A stretch of DNA of 64,000 nt from Tidjanibacter sp. (lineage in GTDB: Bacteria; Bacteroidota; Bacteroidia; Bacteroidales; Rikenellaceae): the NCBI GenBank assembly GCA_017466345.1, contig JAFTUI010000001.1:13808-77807 (forward strand), read 5' to 3'. Below are positions 19,301 through 28,134 of this stretch, one piece after another; position 1 is the stretch's first letter; each line of letters starts with the position of its first letter. Made by a program: the position numbers and the translations under genes. The notes under the pieces were generated by a model. It did no database searches. It was given only the letters and a program-made list of their open reading frames with translations, and was not told where the DNA came from.

Positions 19301-19519
19301 TCGCTTACGATGGTCTTTGGTATGCTGCCTATGATGTTCGCTACGGGTGTGGGTGCAAATGGTAACATCTCGATTGGTGTGGGTACCGTAGGCGGTATGC
19401 TTGTGGGTACCATAGCACTGCTCTTTGTGGTGCCGGTGCTCTTCGTAATCTTCCAATCTATCGAAGAGAGGCTCAGCCCCAATAAACTGAAAAAGAACCA
19501 ACTAACCGAAGTAGAGTAA
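16373..19519 (+). CDS. RND efflux permease (HAE1/AcrB-like)
   Basis: FIDRPIFA, LPVEQFPEIAPP, VDNAIVVVE and RLRAILMTS motifs; 1048 aa. Confidence 0.97.
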   Translation: MNIKTFIDRPIFAGVISVIIVLVGLISLTQLPVEQFPEIAPPTVSVSANYSGANAETVQRSVVIPLEEAINGVENMMYMTSSATNNGSASIQIYFRQGTNADMAMVNVQNRIASAQGLLPAEVTRSGVSVRKRQTSRIKTLAIYSPDDSFDERFMSNYLKINIEPRLSRIAGVGEVDVRGADYSLRIWLDPAKMSQYKLMPSDISAVLAEQNLEAPTGTLGADSENTFRYTLKYRGRYDKEEDYANMVIRAEADGTVLRLKDVAEIELGSISYDYIGKVNGHPGTTLMISQTSGSNANEIIEAIDKEIVEIRKSLPKGMEIVDLMSTKDFLDASIASVIETLVLAIILVVLVVYVFLQSFRSTLIPTIAIIVSLIGTFAFLIVAGFSLNMITLFALVLVIGTVVDNAIVVVEAVQAKFDSGYTSPYKATVDAMQGISTALIATTFVFMAVFIPVCFMGGTTGTFYTQFGLTMAVAVGISLLNSITLSPALCALLMKPHIPDENGKLSFSARFHIAFDAGFRGVVRHYKKGVKFMLRRRWLAALLVIVATGGLFYMMENTKTGLVPKEDMGSINIDVQTPPGTNLAATVEVMEQIASRLNQISQVETYSYTTGYGMMSGVGSSCGMFTVKLRDWELREGEGDDIDSVMERIYDLTSDITSAKIMVFTRGMIPGYGASGGFEIYVQDQKGGTIDNLKMVTDDVIEGLNERPEIARASTAFDTKYPQYLIEVDAAKCKRNGVSPSNVLSVISGYIGGNYASNMNRFSKLYRVMVQANPESRLDTDALENMFVRNSGGEMSPISQYVTLTRIYGPQSISRFNLFSAISVNGQAANGYSSGEAIEAVREVMEERLPAGYGYEFGGMSREEASTGSSTAIIFVICIVFIYLILCALYESLMIPIVIILSIPFGLAGSFLFANMFGLENNIYLQIGLLMLIGLLAKTAILLTEYASERRKAGASIVSAALSAAKARLRAILMTSLTMVFGMLPMMFATGVGANGNISIGVGTVGGMLVGTIALLFVVPVLFVIFQSIEERLSPNKLKKNQLTEVE

Positions 19520-19522
19520 AGT

Positions 19523-20884
19523 ATGAATAGAGCAAGAATTATAGCAATTTTGACACTTCTTGTGGGGCTTACGGGATGTAGCTTCTACACATCTTTCGAG
19601 CGTCCCGAGGTAAGTAATCTGCACGAACTCTACGAGGCAGATACAACCCACACACGCCTTGCCGACTACTCGTGGCGCGAGTTCTTTACCGACACTCTGC
19701 TCCAAAAGTATATCGAGCGTGGATTGGAGTACAATATAGATCTGCGCACCGCAAGACTCAACATTGTGCAGGCTGAGGCTGCTTTGGAGGCTGCAAAACT
19801 CGCTTTTCTGCCTTCGGTTAATGCTTCGCTGCAATCAACCCTTAGCGGAGGCAATGGCGATGGTGCGACCTTCTCGTATAGCCTTGTGCCTACCGCCTCG
19901 TGGGAGATAGACGCCTTTGGTAAGTTGCGAAATGCAGAGCGAGGTGCCGAGGTGGCACTCCAACAAAGCCACCTTGTGGAGCAGGCTGTGCAGAGCAAAC
20001 TTATCGCTACCATAGCCAACAACTACTACACCCTCTTGATGCTCGATGAACAGCTCAAAACCAGCCAACACACCCTCACGACTTGGGAAGAGAATATCCG
20101 TACCCTTACCGCTCTTAAACGTGCGGGTAAGGCTACCGAGGCGGCAGTGTTGCAGGCTAAGGCCAATAAGTTCAGCGTGGAAGGTCAGGTGCTGACCCTC
20201 GAACGCCAGATTGTTGAGCAGGAGGAGTCGTTGGCAACACTTATGGGCGTACTTCCCTTTGAGATTAAGCGCGGAACGCTTGCCGAGCAGACTTTCCCCG
20301 AAGAGTTCTCGTTGGGTGTGCCCCTCGAACTCGTGTCGTTGCGCCCCGATATTTTGCAGGCAGAGGCTAACCTTGCCACCAAGTTCTACGCTGTCAATGA
20401 GGCTCGTGCGGCATTCTACCCCTCCATAACCCTCAGTGGCTCATTGGGCTGGCAGGATGCGGTGGGCAATGCTATCTCCAACCCAGGGGAGTTCATCTTA
20501 CGCCTTGTGGGTGGCATTGTGCAACCCATCTTTGCGCGTGGAGCCAATAATGCAAGGATGAAAATCGCACTTGCACAACAAGATGCAGCACTTCTGCAAT
20601 ACCGTCAGGCACTGCTCAATGCGGGCGCAGAGGTTAATAATGCGCTGAAAATGTGGCAGACCTCGCGTGAGAGGTACAATATCGACCTCAAACAAATCGT
20701 TACTCTCCGCGCGGCAGTGTGGAACACCCAACTGCTTATGAAATACGGCTCGGCAAGCTATTTGGAGGTGCTTACAGCACAGCAAAACCTCCACAATGCC
20801 GAGTTGGCTGAATCCACCGACCGCTACTCCGAGATACAAGGTATTATACAGCTCTACTACGCTCTCGGTGGCGGTGTGAAATAA
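19523..20884 (+). CDS. RND outer-membrane channel, TolC/NodT-type lipoprotein
   Basis: Lipobox LTGC; SWEIDAFGKLR, RPDILQAE, FYPSITLSG and YYALGGG motifs. Confidence 0.93.
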   Translation: MNRARIIAILTLLVGLTGCSFYTSFERPEVSNLHELYEADTTHTRLADYSWREFFTDTLLQKYIERGLEYNIDLRTARLNIVQAEAALEAAKLAFLPSVNASLQSTLSGGNGDGATFSYSLVPTASWEIDAFGKLRNAERGAEVALQQSHLVEQAVQSKLIATIANNYYTLLMLDEQLKTSQHTLTTWEENIRTLTALKRAGKATEAAVLQAKANKFSVEGQVLTLERQIVEQEESLATLMGVLPFEIKRGTLAEQTFPEEFSLGVPLELVSLRPDILQAEANLATKFYAVNEARAAFYPSITLSGSLGWQDAVGNAISNPGEFILRLVGGIVQPIFARGANNARMKIALAQQDAALLQYRQALLNAGAEVNNALKMWQTSRERYNIDLKQIVTLRAAVWNTQLLMKYGSASYLEVLTAQQNLHNAELAESTDRYSEIQGIIQLYYALGGGVK

Positions 20885-21001
20885 CAAAATATAGAGCGAC
20901 TGCTGCGTTGCACTGCGATAAACTCCCTCCTCATTTACGTCAAAGTAAACTGCGGAGGGAGTTTTCTTGTGTGCCTTGCATTCATCTCTCTATTTTGTTA
21001 T
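20881..21001 (+). repeat. Palindromic element, copy 3 (right-half fragment follows at about 21002-21060)
   Basis: IR ATAACAAAAT...ATTTTGTTAT; core AAACTCCCTC-CTCATTTACG-TCAAA-GTAAACTGCG-GAGGGAGTTT. Confidence 0.85.
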
Positions 21002-21081
21002 TTCTTGTGCTGCGGAGGTCGCCCTCTTGTTTGGCACAAAAATCCCTCCCTCTATTATTCCACACTCGGTGGTTGCTCTTT

Positions 21082-21197
21082 GTCTAACGTCTAACGTCAA
21101 TAGTCCTAAGGCTTATGAGGCTTATAGGGCTTATAGGGCTTATAGGGCTCATAGGAGTTTAACGACCTTAATGTCCTTAATGTCCTTAATGTCCTTA
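21082..21197 (+). repeat. (GTCTAAC)2-GTCAATAGTCC followed by a 9-mer array
   Basis: Same architecture as 13289-13439. Confidence 0.85.
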
Positions 21198-21280
21198 TTC
21201 TCTCTCAACTATTTATGTGACTTTCAATTCCAAGAGCGGTAGATGCCAACCGCCCACCTCACGGTGGTCGTGGCAAGACG

Positions 21281-21314
21281 CAAAAATCGCAGGTTGAATT
21301 TGCAACCTGCGATT
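21281..21314 (-). terminator. Terminator of the orphan membrane gene
   Basis: AATCGCAGGTTG-AATTTG-CAACCTGCGATT with a T-run on the minus strand. Confidence 0.7.
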
Positions 21315-21339
21315 ATGATTATTGTAAATTCGAATAGAG

Positions 21340-22623
21340 TTAATCATTTGATTTTAAGTCTATTGACAAGAAGTTACAAAATGCTTCTTCTGAGCCAATT
21401 TCACTTGTGGTATAACCATAATCTATTAGCTGCCAATAGAATTCCCTAATCTTTTCTTCATTGCTTAGCGACTTCAAAAAGTTGTTAACTGTTCCTAAGT
21501 CTTTGCTTGATATGTATTTGGAACCTAAAAGACTATAATAGAGCAATCTTCTTTTATGTGGGAACTCAACCTCGTTTAGTTTTTGTGTTATGTGTAGTCT
21601 GGCGGATGGATACTCTTCTAAAAAATGGTCAATATCACAAAGCGCAACTCTATATACTTTCCCATTACATAGATATTTGACATTAAACGATAATTTACTC
21701 TCTTTAAGCGTGTGGAATGCAAAAACGGGACTTGTAAATTCCTCGTTTCCCATATACAGAGTATGATATAAATGGGCCGTACCCAAGTATGTTTCCACCT
21801 CTACTCTGCTCATCAATCCCTCATACTTATCTCTTATAAGTCTGCCCGCAATGCGCTCTACATTGTAGTCGTGAGCCAATGATGATACAAACTCGCTAAA
21901 AGTTCCTAAATTGTTGAAATTATTGTCTTGAAGATATGAGTATACCTCTTCCAATGGATTTGCAACCTCTCTAATTGCATCGTGTTTTAGTTCTATTTGG
22001 TTGGGGTTGCAAGTGGTGGTTAAAAATGCAATAAGCGCAATTAACAATATGCACACACATCCTACAACTACTGAGATGATACTCTTTCTTCCTGTCTTGT
22101 TTGTTGTTTCTGCATCAATAGGGGACGGTTGCTCTTGCTGAGTAGTGGTAACTTCATCCGATTTCTCATTTGAGCCAATATGAGTTTTATGGCTATCCTC
22201 TCTTTGGTGGGTAGACTTTTTGTGGGGAAAAAACACTCGCCACGCAGACCTTCCATTTTTACGCAAGCACAGCAAAAGCGCAAATATAATGCAGACTACC
22301 GAAGAGGTAAAGAGCATTTCCCACAAATCTCTGCCATAATCTACACTTTGAACAACTATGTTGATAACTTGCAGTGCACCAAGTATATACAATCCTATGC
22401 GTTTGATTTTCAGTACCTCAAACATTGCATATATCATTGCCAGGTGCAAAAATGTATTCCACCAAAGATAGGATTCTGGTATATGGTAGTCCGAAACTTG
22501 CGTAAACATAAGGGGCGTAGTTATTACTAAACCCACAATGTGGTTTGCTATAACTAAGTAGATGTATAGTTTAAGAATTATGTTTAGTTCGCCCTTGGCA
22601 CCACTTGTTTTATCCCTATTCAT
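21340..22623 (-). CDS. AT-rich orphan membrane protein
   Basis: 427 aa: 4 N-terminal TM segments, a polar linker, a fifth TM segment and a C-terminal domain; promoter TATCTTTG on the minus strand at 22711-22718. Confidence 0.75.
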   Translation of the reverse strand: MNRDKTSGAKGELNIILKLYIYLVIANHIVGLVITTPLMFTQVSDYHIPESYLWWNTFLHLAMIYAMFEVLKIKRIGLYILGALQVINIVVQSVDYGRDLWEMLFTSSVVCIIFALLLCLRKNGRSAWRVFFPHKKSTHQREDSHKTHIGSNEKSDEVTTTQQEQPSPIDAETTNKTGRKSIISVVVGCVCILLIALIAFLTTTCNPNQIELKHDAIREVANPLEEVYSYLQDNNFNNLGTFSEFVSSLAHDYNVERIAGRLIRDKYEGLMSRVEVETYLGTAHLYHTLYMGNEEFTSPVFAFHTLKESKLSFNVKYLCNGKVYRVALCDIDHFLEEYPSARLHITQKLNEVEFPHKRRLLYYSLLGSKYISSKDLGTVNNFLKSLSNEEKIREFYWQLIDYGYTTSEIGSEEAFCNFLSIDLKSND

Positions 22624-22727
22624 ACTTTGTTGGTTTTATATGAAGACAATTCCCTATGAAGATAATTTGAGATGAAGCCTATGCTTTGTGCGTAAAATCA
22701 AATGTTTCTACAAAGATAATATAATAA

Positions 22728-22762
22728 TTTCCAACTTTCAACTTTCAATTTCCAATTCTCAC
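22728..22762 (-). repeat. (TTGRAAR)5-like heptamer array
   Basis: Plus strand reads TTTCCAA CTTTCAA CTTTCAA TTTCCAA TTCTCAC, directly upstream of the orphan's -7 box. Confidence 0.8.
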
Positions 22763-22775
22763 AAATACGAGAGGG

Positions 22776-22816
22776 GCGAGAGCAAAGAAAACGAGTTTTC
22801 TCTGCCGAGCAGGAGC
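22776..22816 (+). repeat. Second hairpin repeat family, copy A
   Basis: GCGAG-AGCAAAG-N12-CTCTGC-CGAGC-AGGAGC; a matching copy lies at 36436-36476 on the minus strand. Confidence 0.55.
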
Positions 22817-22907
22817 ATTTTCGACAAAACTTTGTTTTGTCAATTTGTTTTCGTATTTTTGTAGATTGAATAATTGCGAATTAATCAAAACATAAAAATA
22901 TAGAAAA

Positions 22908-24449
22908 ATGACACAGGAAGAACTCTTTAAGAAACTGATTGCACACTGCAAGGAGTATGGTTTTATTTTCCCTTCGAGCGAGATTTACGATGGTCTGAGT
23001 GCCGTTTATGACTACGGTCAGCTCGGCGTGGAGCTCAAAAACAACATCAAGACCTATTGGTGGGACTCGATGACCAAACTTCACGACAATATCGTTGGTA
23101 TTGATGCTGCCATCTTTATGCACCCCAAGGTTTGGGAGGCGAGTGGTCACGTTGGCGCATTCAACGATCCTCTTATCGACAACAAGGACTCCAAGAAACG
23201 CTATCGTGCCGATGTGCTCATTGAGGATTGGATTGCCAAGCAGGACGAGAAAATCGAGAAAGAGTGCGCAAAGGCTGCAAAGCGCTTTGGCGAGAGTTTC
23301 AACAAGGAGATGTTCTTGCAGACCAACGCCCGCGTGTTGGATATTAAGGCTCGCAGGGATGAGGTAAACAAACGTATGGCAGACGCACTGAATGCCAACG
23401 ACCTCGCCGAGGTGCGCCAGATTATCCTCGACTGCGAGATTGTGTGCCCCATTTCGGGCTCGCGCAACTGGACCGATGTGCGCCAGTTCAACCTTATGTT
23501 CTCCACCCAGATGGGTTCGGTGGCAGAGGGTGCCAATACCGTCTATCTCCGTCCCGAGACTGCTCAGGGTATCTTCGTAAACTTCCTGAATGTGCAGAAG
23601 ACCGGCAGGATGAAGATTCCCTTCGGAATTGCACAGATTGGTAAGGCTTTCCGTAACGAGATTGTAGCCCGTCAGTTCATCTTCCGTATGAGGGAGTTTG
23701 AGCAGATGGAGATGCAGTTCTTCGTGCGTCCCGGCGAGGAGATGATGTGGTGGAACAAGTGGAAAGAGACCCGTATGAGCTGGCACCGAGCACTCGGCTT
23801 CGGCGATGACAACTACCGCTTCCACGACCACGAGAAACTTGCCCACTACGCCAATGCTGCAACCGATGTGGAGTTCAACTTCCCCTTCGGCTTCAAGGAG
23901 GTGGAGGGTATCCATAGCCGTACCGACTACGACCTGGGTCGCCACCAGCAGTTCTCTGGCAAGAAGATTCAGTATTTCGATCCCGAAACGGGCGAGAGTT
24001 ATGTTCCCTACGTTGTCGAGACCTCTATCGGTGTAGACCGTATGGTATTGCAGGTTCTCTCGGCAGCCTACAAAGAGGAAGCTCTCGAAAATGGCGAAAC
24101 ACGCACCGTACTCTCCATTCCCGCACCTCTGGCTCCCGTCAAGGTGGCTGTATTGCCTCTCGTGAAGAAAGACGGCTTGCAAGAGATTGCTATGGACCTT
24201 GTGCATAAGCTCAAATTCAGCCACAACGTGCAGTACGATGAGAAAGACTCCATTGGCAAACGCTACCGCCGTCAGGACGCTATCGGTACCCCCTTCTGCG
24301 TGACCGTAGACCACCAGACCAAAGAGGACGGCACCGTAACCATCCGTGAGCGCGACACAATGAAACAGTACCGCGTGAGCATCAGCGAGTTGGAGGCTAT
24401 CGTGGCTGAGAAAGTAGGTATGCGTCAGTTGTTCGAGAAGTTAGTTTAA
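22908..24449 (+). CDS. glyQS: Glycine--tRNA ligase, alpha2 type
   Basis: YDYGQLG, LRPETAQG, FRNEI..RQFIFRMREFEQMEM, EKLAHYA and ETSIG motifs. Confidence 0.97.
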   Translation: MTQEELFKKLIAHCKEYGFIFPSSEIYDGLSAVYDYGQLGVELKNNIKTYWWDSMTKLHDNIVGIDAAIFMHPKVWEASGHVGAFNDPLIDNKDSKKRYRADVLIEDWIAKQDEKIEKECAKAAKRFGESFNKEMFLQTNARVLDIKARRDEVNKRMADALNANDLAEVRQIILDCEIVCPISGSRNWTDVRQFNLMFSTQMGSVAEGANTVYLRPETAQGIFVNFLNVQKTGRMKIPFGIAQIGKAFRNEIVARQFIFRMREFEQMEMQFFVRPGEEMMWWNKWKETRMSWHRALGFGDDNYRFHDHEKLAHYANAATDVEFNFPFGFKEVEGIHSRTDYDLGRHQQFSGKKIQYFDPETGESYVPYVVETSIGVDRMVLQVLSAAYKEEALENGETRTVLSIPAPLAPVKVAVLPLVKKDGLQEIAMDLVHKLKFSHNVQYDEKDSIGKRYRRQDAIGTPFCVTVDHQTKEDGTVTIRERDTMKQYRVSISELEAIVAEKVGMRQLFEKLV

Positions 24450-24571
24450 CGAGCGCATCTCGCACCACATCTGCTGCGTTACGCTCGGGCTCGGAATGCT
24501 CATTTACGCCAAAGTAAACTCCGCATCCTCGCCCTTCGCAAGCCTTGCATCTGCGGCACGATATGCACTCG
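24450..24571 (+). repeat. Palindromic element, copy 4
   Basis: Core GGGCTCGGAATG-CTCATTTACG-CCAAA-GTAAACTCCG-CATCCTCGCCC; starts at the glyQS stop. Confidence 0.75.
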
Positions 24572-24783
24572 CAGGTTGGGGAGGGATGGCGCAAACGCAA
24601 CACCCACCCACAGGTTGGGAGATGGTGCAAAAATCACCTCACAATACCCACTCGCAGGTTGGGGAGGGATGGCGCAAACGCAACACCCACCCACAGGTTG
24701 GGAGATGGTGCAAAAATTACCTCACAACACCCACTCGCAGGTTGGGGGGGATGGCGCAAACGCAGCATCCACCCGCGGATTAG
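24566..24783 (+). repeat. 83-bp tandem repeat made of alternating 39/44-bp subunits (A-B-A-B-A')
   Basis: CACTCGCAGG recurs at 24566, 24649 and 24732. Confidence 0.9.
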
Positions 24784-24810
24784 GAGAAGAAGTAACTTTG
24801 AATTACTGAA

Positions 24811-25278
24811 ATGAAAACTGCAATTTTTCCCGGGTCGTTTGACCCATTCACTTCGGGACATCAGGCACTCGTTGAGGAGGGCTTGAAGATTTTTGATAGG
24901 CTTGTGATTGCCGTGGGCGAGAATCAGGACAAGCACGGACTGCTCACCACCGAGAATCGCAAGCGACTCATTGCCGATCTCTACAAGGACGACCCCCGTG
25001 TGGAGGTAGTTAGCTACCACGGACTTACGGGCGAGTATTGTAGGGATAGGGAGTTGAAATTTGTGCTGCGTGGTATGCGCAATACTGTCGATTTTGACTA
25101 TGAGCGCAATATGATGCAGATAAACCAGAGGCTCTACCCCGAGATTACCACTGTGCTGCTCTTTACCCCTTCGGAGTATGTGGCAGTGTCGAGTAGCGTC
25201 ATTAGGGAGATTCTTAGTTTCGATGGCGATGTGGCGCAGTTTATGCCCGAGGGTATTGATATCAAGAAGTATCTGTAA
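24811..25278 (+). CDS. coaD: Pantetheine-phosphate adenylyltransferase
   Basis: [25 protein letters not shown] and SSSVIRE motifs. Confidence 0.96.
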   Translation: MKTAIFPGSFDPFTSGHQALVEEGLKIFDRLVIAVGENQDKHGLLTTENRKRLIADLYKDDPRVEVVSYHGLTGEYCRDRELKFVLRGMRNTVDFDYERNMMQINQRLYPEITTVLLFTPSEYVAVSSSVIREILSFDGDVAQFMPEGIDIKKYL

Positions 25279-25325
25279 GTAAGAGATATAATAAAAACAA
25301 CCACAACTATAAAATACAAAAAGAA

Positions 25326-26363
25326 ATGATGCAATTTACGGCTGAGATGATTGCTGCCGGTTTGGGTGGCGAGATTGTTGGCAACAAAGATGCCACGGTT
25401 AGCACATTTGCAAAAATTGAAGAGGGACACGCCGGCGCATTGTCGTTTATGGCAAATCCCAAATATGAACACTATGTCTACACTACCGACTCCTCGATAG
25501 TTATTGTCAATCGCTCGTGGGAGCCCAAAGAGCCCGTTAAGGCTACACTCATAAAGGTGGATGACGCCTACGGATGCTTTGCAAAACTCTTGGAGATGTA
25601 TGTGGCTTATAAACCCCAAAAGAGCGGCATTCACCCAACGGCAGTGGTGGCAGAGAGTGCCAAGGTTGGCGAGGGCTGCTATATCGGTGCATACGTTGTC
25701 ATAGACGAGGGTGCCGAGGTTGGCGATGGTGTGAAACTCTACCCCCACGTCTATCTGGGCGATGGTGTAAAGGTAGGCGCAAAGAGTACCCTTTACTCGG
25801 GCGTGAAGGTCTATGAGGGATGTAAAATTGGCGAGAGGTGCATCATCCACTCGGGCGCAATTATCGGCTCAGATGGCTTCGGCTTTGCCCCCAATGCTAA
25901 GGGCGAGTACGACAAGATACCCCAAATTGGCATAGTAACCCTCGAAGATGATGTAGAGATTGGTGCCAATACAACCATTGATAGGGCAACTATGGGTTCA
26001 ACGGTTATCTGCAAGGGTACGAAGATTGATAACCTTGTGCAGATTGGTCACAATGTTGTTGTGGGTGCCAATACGGTTATGGCTGGTCAGTCAGCTGTTG
26101 CAGGCTCGGCAAAGGTCGGCAAAAACTGTATGATTGGCGGCCAGGCAGGCATTGTGGGACATATCACCGTTGGCGACCGCACCATTGTAGGTTCGAGTAG
26201 CGGTGTTAGCTCTTCGGTACCCGAGGGCTCACAGATTATGGGCTCGTTCGGCATTGACGCGGCAAGGTTCCGTAGGGCAAATGCCGTATTCCGCAACTTG
26301 CCCGAACTGCAACGCACCGTTAGTCGCCTTAAAAAAGAGGTTGAGGAGCTGAAAAACCGATAG
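25326..26363 (+). CDS. lpxD: UDP-3-O-(3-hydroxymyristoyl)glucosamine N-acyltransferase
   Basis: Hexapeptide repeats; [17 protein letters not shown] and [12 protein letters not shown] motifs. Confidence 0.96.
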   Translation: MMQFTAEMIAAGLGGEIVGNKDATVSTFAKIEEGHAGALSFMANPKYEHYVYTTDSSIVIVNRSWEPKEPVKATLIKVDDAYGCFAKLLEMYVAYKPQKSGIHPTAVVAESAKVGEGCYIGAYVVIDEGAEVGDGVKLYPHVYLGDGVKVGAKSTLYSGVKVYEGCKIGERCIIHSGAIIGSDGFGFAPNAKGEYDKIPQIGIVTLEDDVEIGANTTIDRATMGSTVICKGTKIDNLVQIGHNVVVGANTVMAGQSAVAGSAKVGKNCMIGGQAGIVGHITVGDRTIVGSSSGVSSSVPEGSQIMGSFGIDAARFRRANAVFRNLPELQRTVSRLKKEVEELKNR

Positions 26364-26422
26364 GAAAAATTCCGAATTTTCGACTTCGGACCGTTGATAT
26401 TAGACCTTAGGCGTTAGACCAA

Positions 26423-27028
26423 ATGAGCACAGAGCACCGCATAATTATGGGTATCGACCCCGGCACCAACCGTATGGGCTATGGCGTGTTGGAGGTGCTG
26501 GGTAAGAATAAGTTGCGTGCGGTGGTCATTGGCGACATCGAGATGCAGAAGATGAAAGACCCCTACGAGAAGTTGCGCTACATCTTCAATAGGGTACTCG
26601 CTCTTGTGGATGAGTATAAGCCCGATGAGGTGGCTTTGGAGTCGCCCTTCTTTGGCGAGAATGTCCAGAGTATGCTCAAATTGGGTAGGGCGCAGGGAGT
26701 GGCTATGGCTGCGGCACTTTGTAGGGAGCATAGGGTATTTGAGTACGCCCCAAGACGTGTCAAGCAGGCTATTACGGGCAATGGCGGTGCCGCCAAGGAG
26801 CAGGTTGCTGCAATGCTCAAAAGTATGCTCGGCGTGGAGTATAACCCCAAGAGGTTGGATGCTACGGACGGCTTGGCAGTGGCTCTGTGCCACTATTTTG
26901 AGACCTCTTCGCCCATTCCGCACCAGACGGTTGCCGTAAAGAGGGGGACCTCGCGTAGCGCCTCGTGGGAGAAGTTTGTGGCGGGCAATCCCGACAGGGT
27001 GGTGTCGGAGCGAAAGAAAGGCAAATAA
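26423..27028 (+). CDS. ruvC: Holliday junction resolvase
   Basis: MGIDPG, ALESPF, KLGRAQG, KQAITGNG and DATDGLAVALCH motifs. Confidence 0.96.
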   Translation: MSTEHRIIMGIDPGTNRMGYGVLEVLGKNKLRAVVIGDIEMQKMKDPYEKLRYIFNRVLALVDEYKPDEVALESPFFGENVQSMLKLGRAQGVAMAAALCREHRVFEYAPRRVKQAITGNGGAAKEQVAAMLKSMLGVEYNPKRLDATDGLAVALCHYFETSSPIPHQTVAVKRGTSRSASWEKFVAGNPDRVVSERKKGK

Positions 27029-27052
27029 TTAACCAATAAAAAAGATAAGAGT

Positions 27053-28093
27053 ATGAAAAAACTGATGATGATTGTGGCTGCTGCCCTTATGGTGGTTGCT
27101 TGTAACAGCACAAAAACCTACGTTGTAGAGGGACAAATCGATGGATTTACGGGCGATGTGGCAGTTATGAATATGGCTGGCGATGAGGTGCTTACCTCTA
27201 CACAGACCGAGGATGGTACTTTCTCGCTCCAAGTGGAGAGTGCAACGCCTATCTTTGCTGCCTTGGCTCTTGGTGGCGAGCCCGTGTTGCCTTTGTTTAT
27301 TGACGGCACACCTATCGTTGTAGAGGGTGTTTTTGCACAACCCGAGACCATTTTGGCTACGGGAACCGAGTCCAATCAGGCTTTTGCCGACTTCAACAAG
27401 AAGCAGTGGGAACTGATGGCTCCTGTTATGAGTGGCGAGGCTGCCGATGAGGATGTTATGAATGTCTTTGCTCAGATGCAACAGGCTATGGACGAGAGTT
27501 ATGAGGCTAACAAGGAGAACCTTTGGGGTGCATACATCTTCGTAAGTAACAAATATCGTGAGATGAGCGGCGAGGAGATTCTCGAAACCGTTGCTGCCTA
27601 TCCCAAAGAGTTGCAGAAGGTGGAAGAGGTAAAACTCGTCAAGGAGTATGCCGAAAAGATGCTCAAAACCGATGTGGGGCAGGATTATACCAACATTACT
27701 CTGCCCAATGCGGAGGGCGAAGAGGTGTCGCTTAAAGAGATTGTGGAGGCAAACAAAGTGGTGCTTTTGGACTTTTGGGCTTCGTGGTGCCGTCCTTGTA
27801 TGGGCGAGATGCCCTACCTCTTGGAGGCATACGCAACCTACCACGACAAGGGCTTTGAGATTTACGGTGTGAGCCTCGATGATAATGCTGAGGCTTGGAA
27901 GGCTACCATCGAAAAACAGGGTATGCAGTGGGTAAATGTTAGCGAACTTGCAGGCTGGCAGACCGCTGCCGCTCAGGAATACTCGGTAAACTCCATTCCT
28001 GCCAATTTCCTTATTGGTGCTGATGGTAAAATTGTCGCTAAGAACTTGCGTGGCGAGGCTTTGGTAGAGAAACTTGCCGAACTCTTTGAGTAA
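27053..28093 (+). CDS. TlpA/AhpC-TSA redoxin lipoprotein with a DUF4369-like N-terminus
   Basis: Lipobox VVAC; DFWASWCRPC motif. Confidence 0.9.
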   Translation: MKKLMMIVAAALMVVACNSTKTYVVEGQIDGFTGDVAVMNMAGDEVLTSTQTEDGTFSLQVESATPIFAALALGGEPVLPLFIDGTPIVVEGVFAQPETILATGTESNQAFADFNKKQWELMAPVMSGEAADEDVMNVFAQMQQAMDESYEANKENLWGAYIFVSNKYREMSGEEILETVAAYPKELQKVEEVKLVKEYAEKMLKTDVGQDYTNITLPNAEGEEVSLKEIVEANKVVLLDFWASWCRPCMGEMPYLLEAYATYHDKGFEIYGVSLDDNAEAWKATIEKQGMQWVNVSELAGWQTAAAQEYSVNSIPANFLIGADGKIVAKNLRGEALVEKLAELFE

Positions 28094-28134
28094 AAATAAA
28101 TTAACCGCACTAATCTAAACTAAAAATTGAAGAG

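Noticed and set aside
24566-24783. CRISPR array
   Set aside because: The would-be spacers repeat (A-B-A-B), are only about 10-15 nt, and no cas genes are in the window. It is a tandem repeat.
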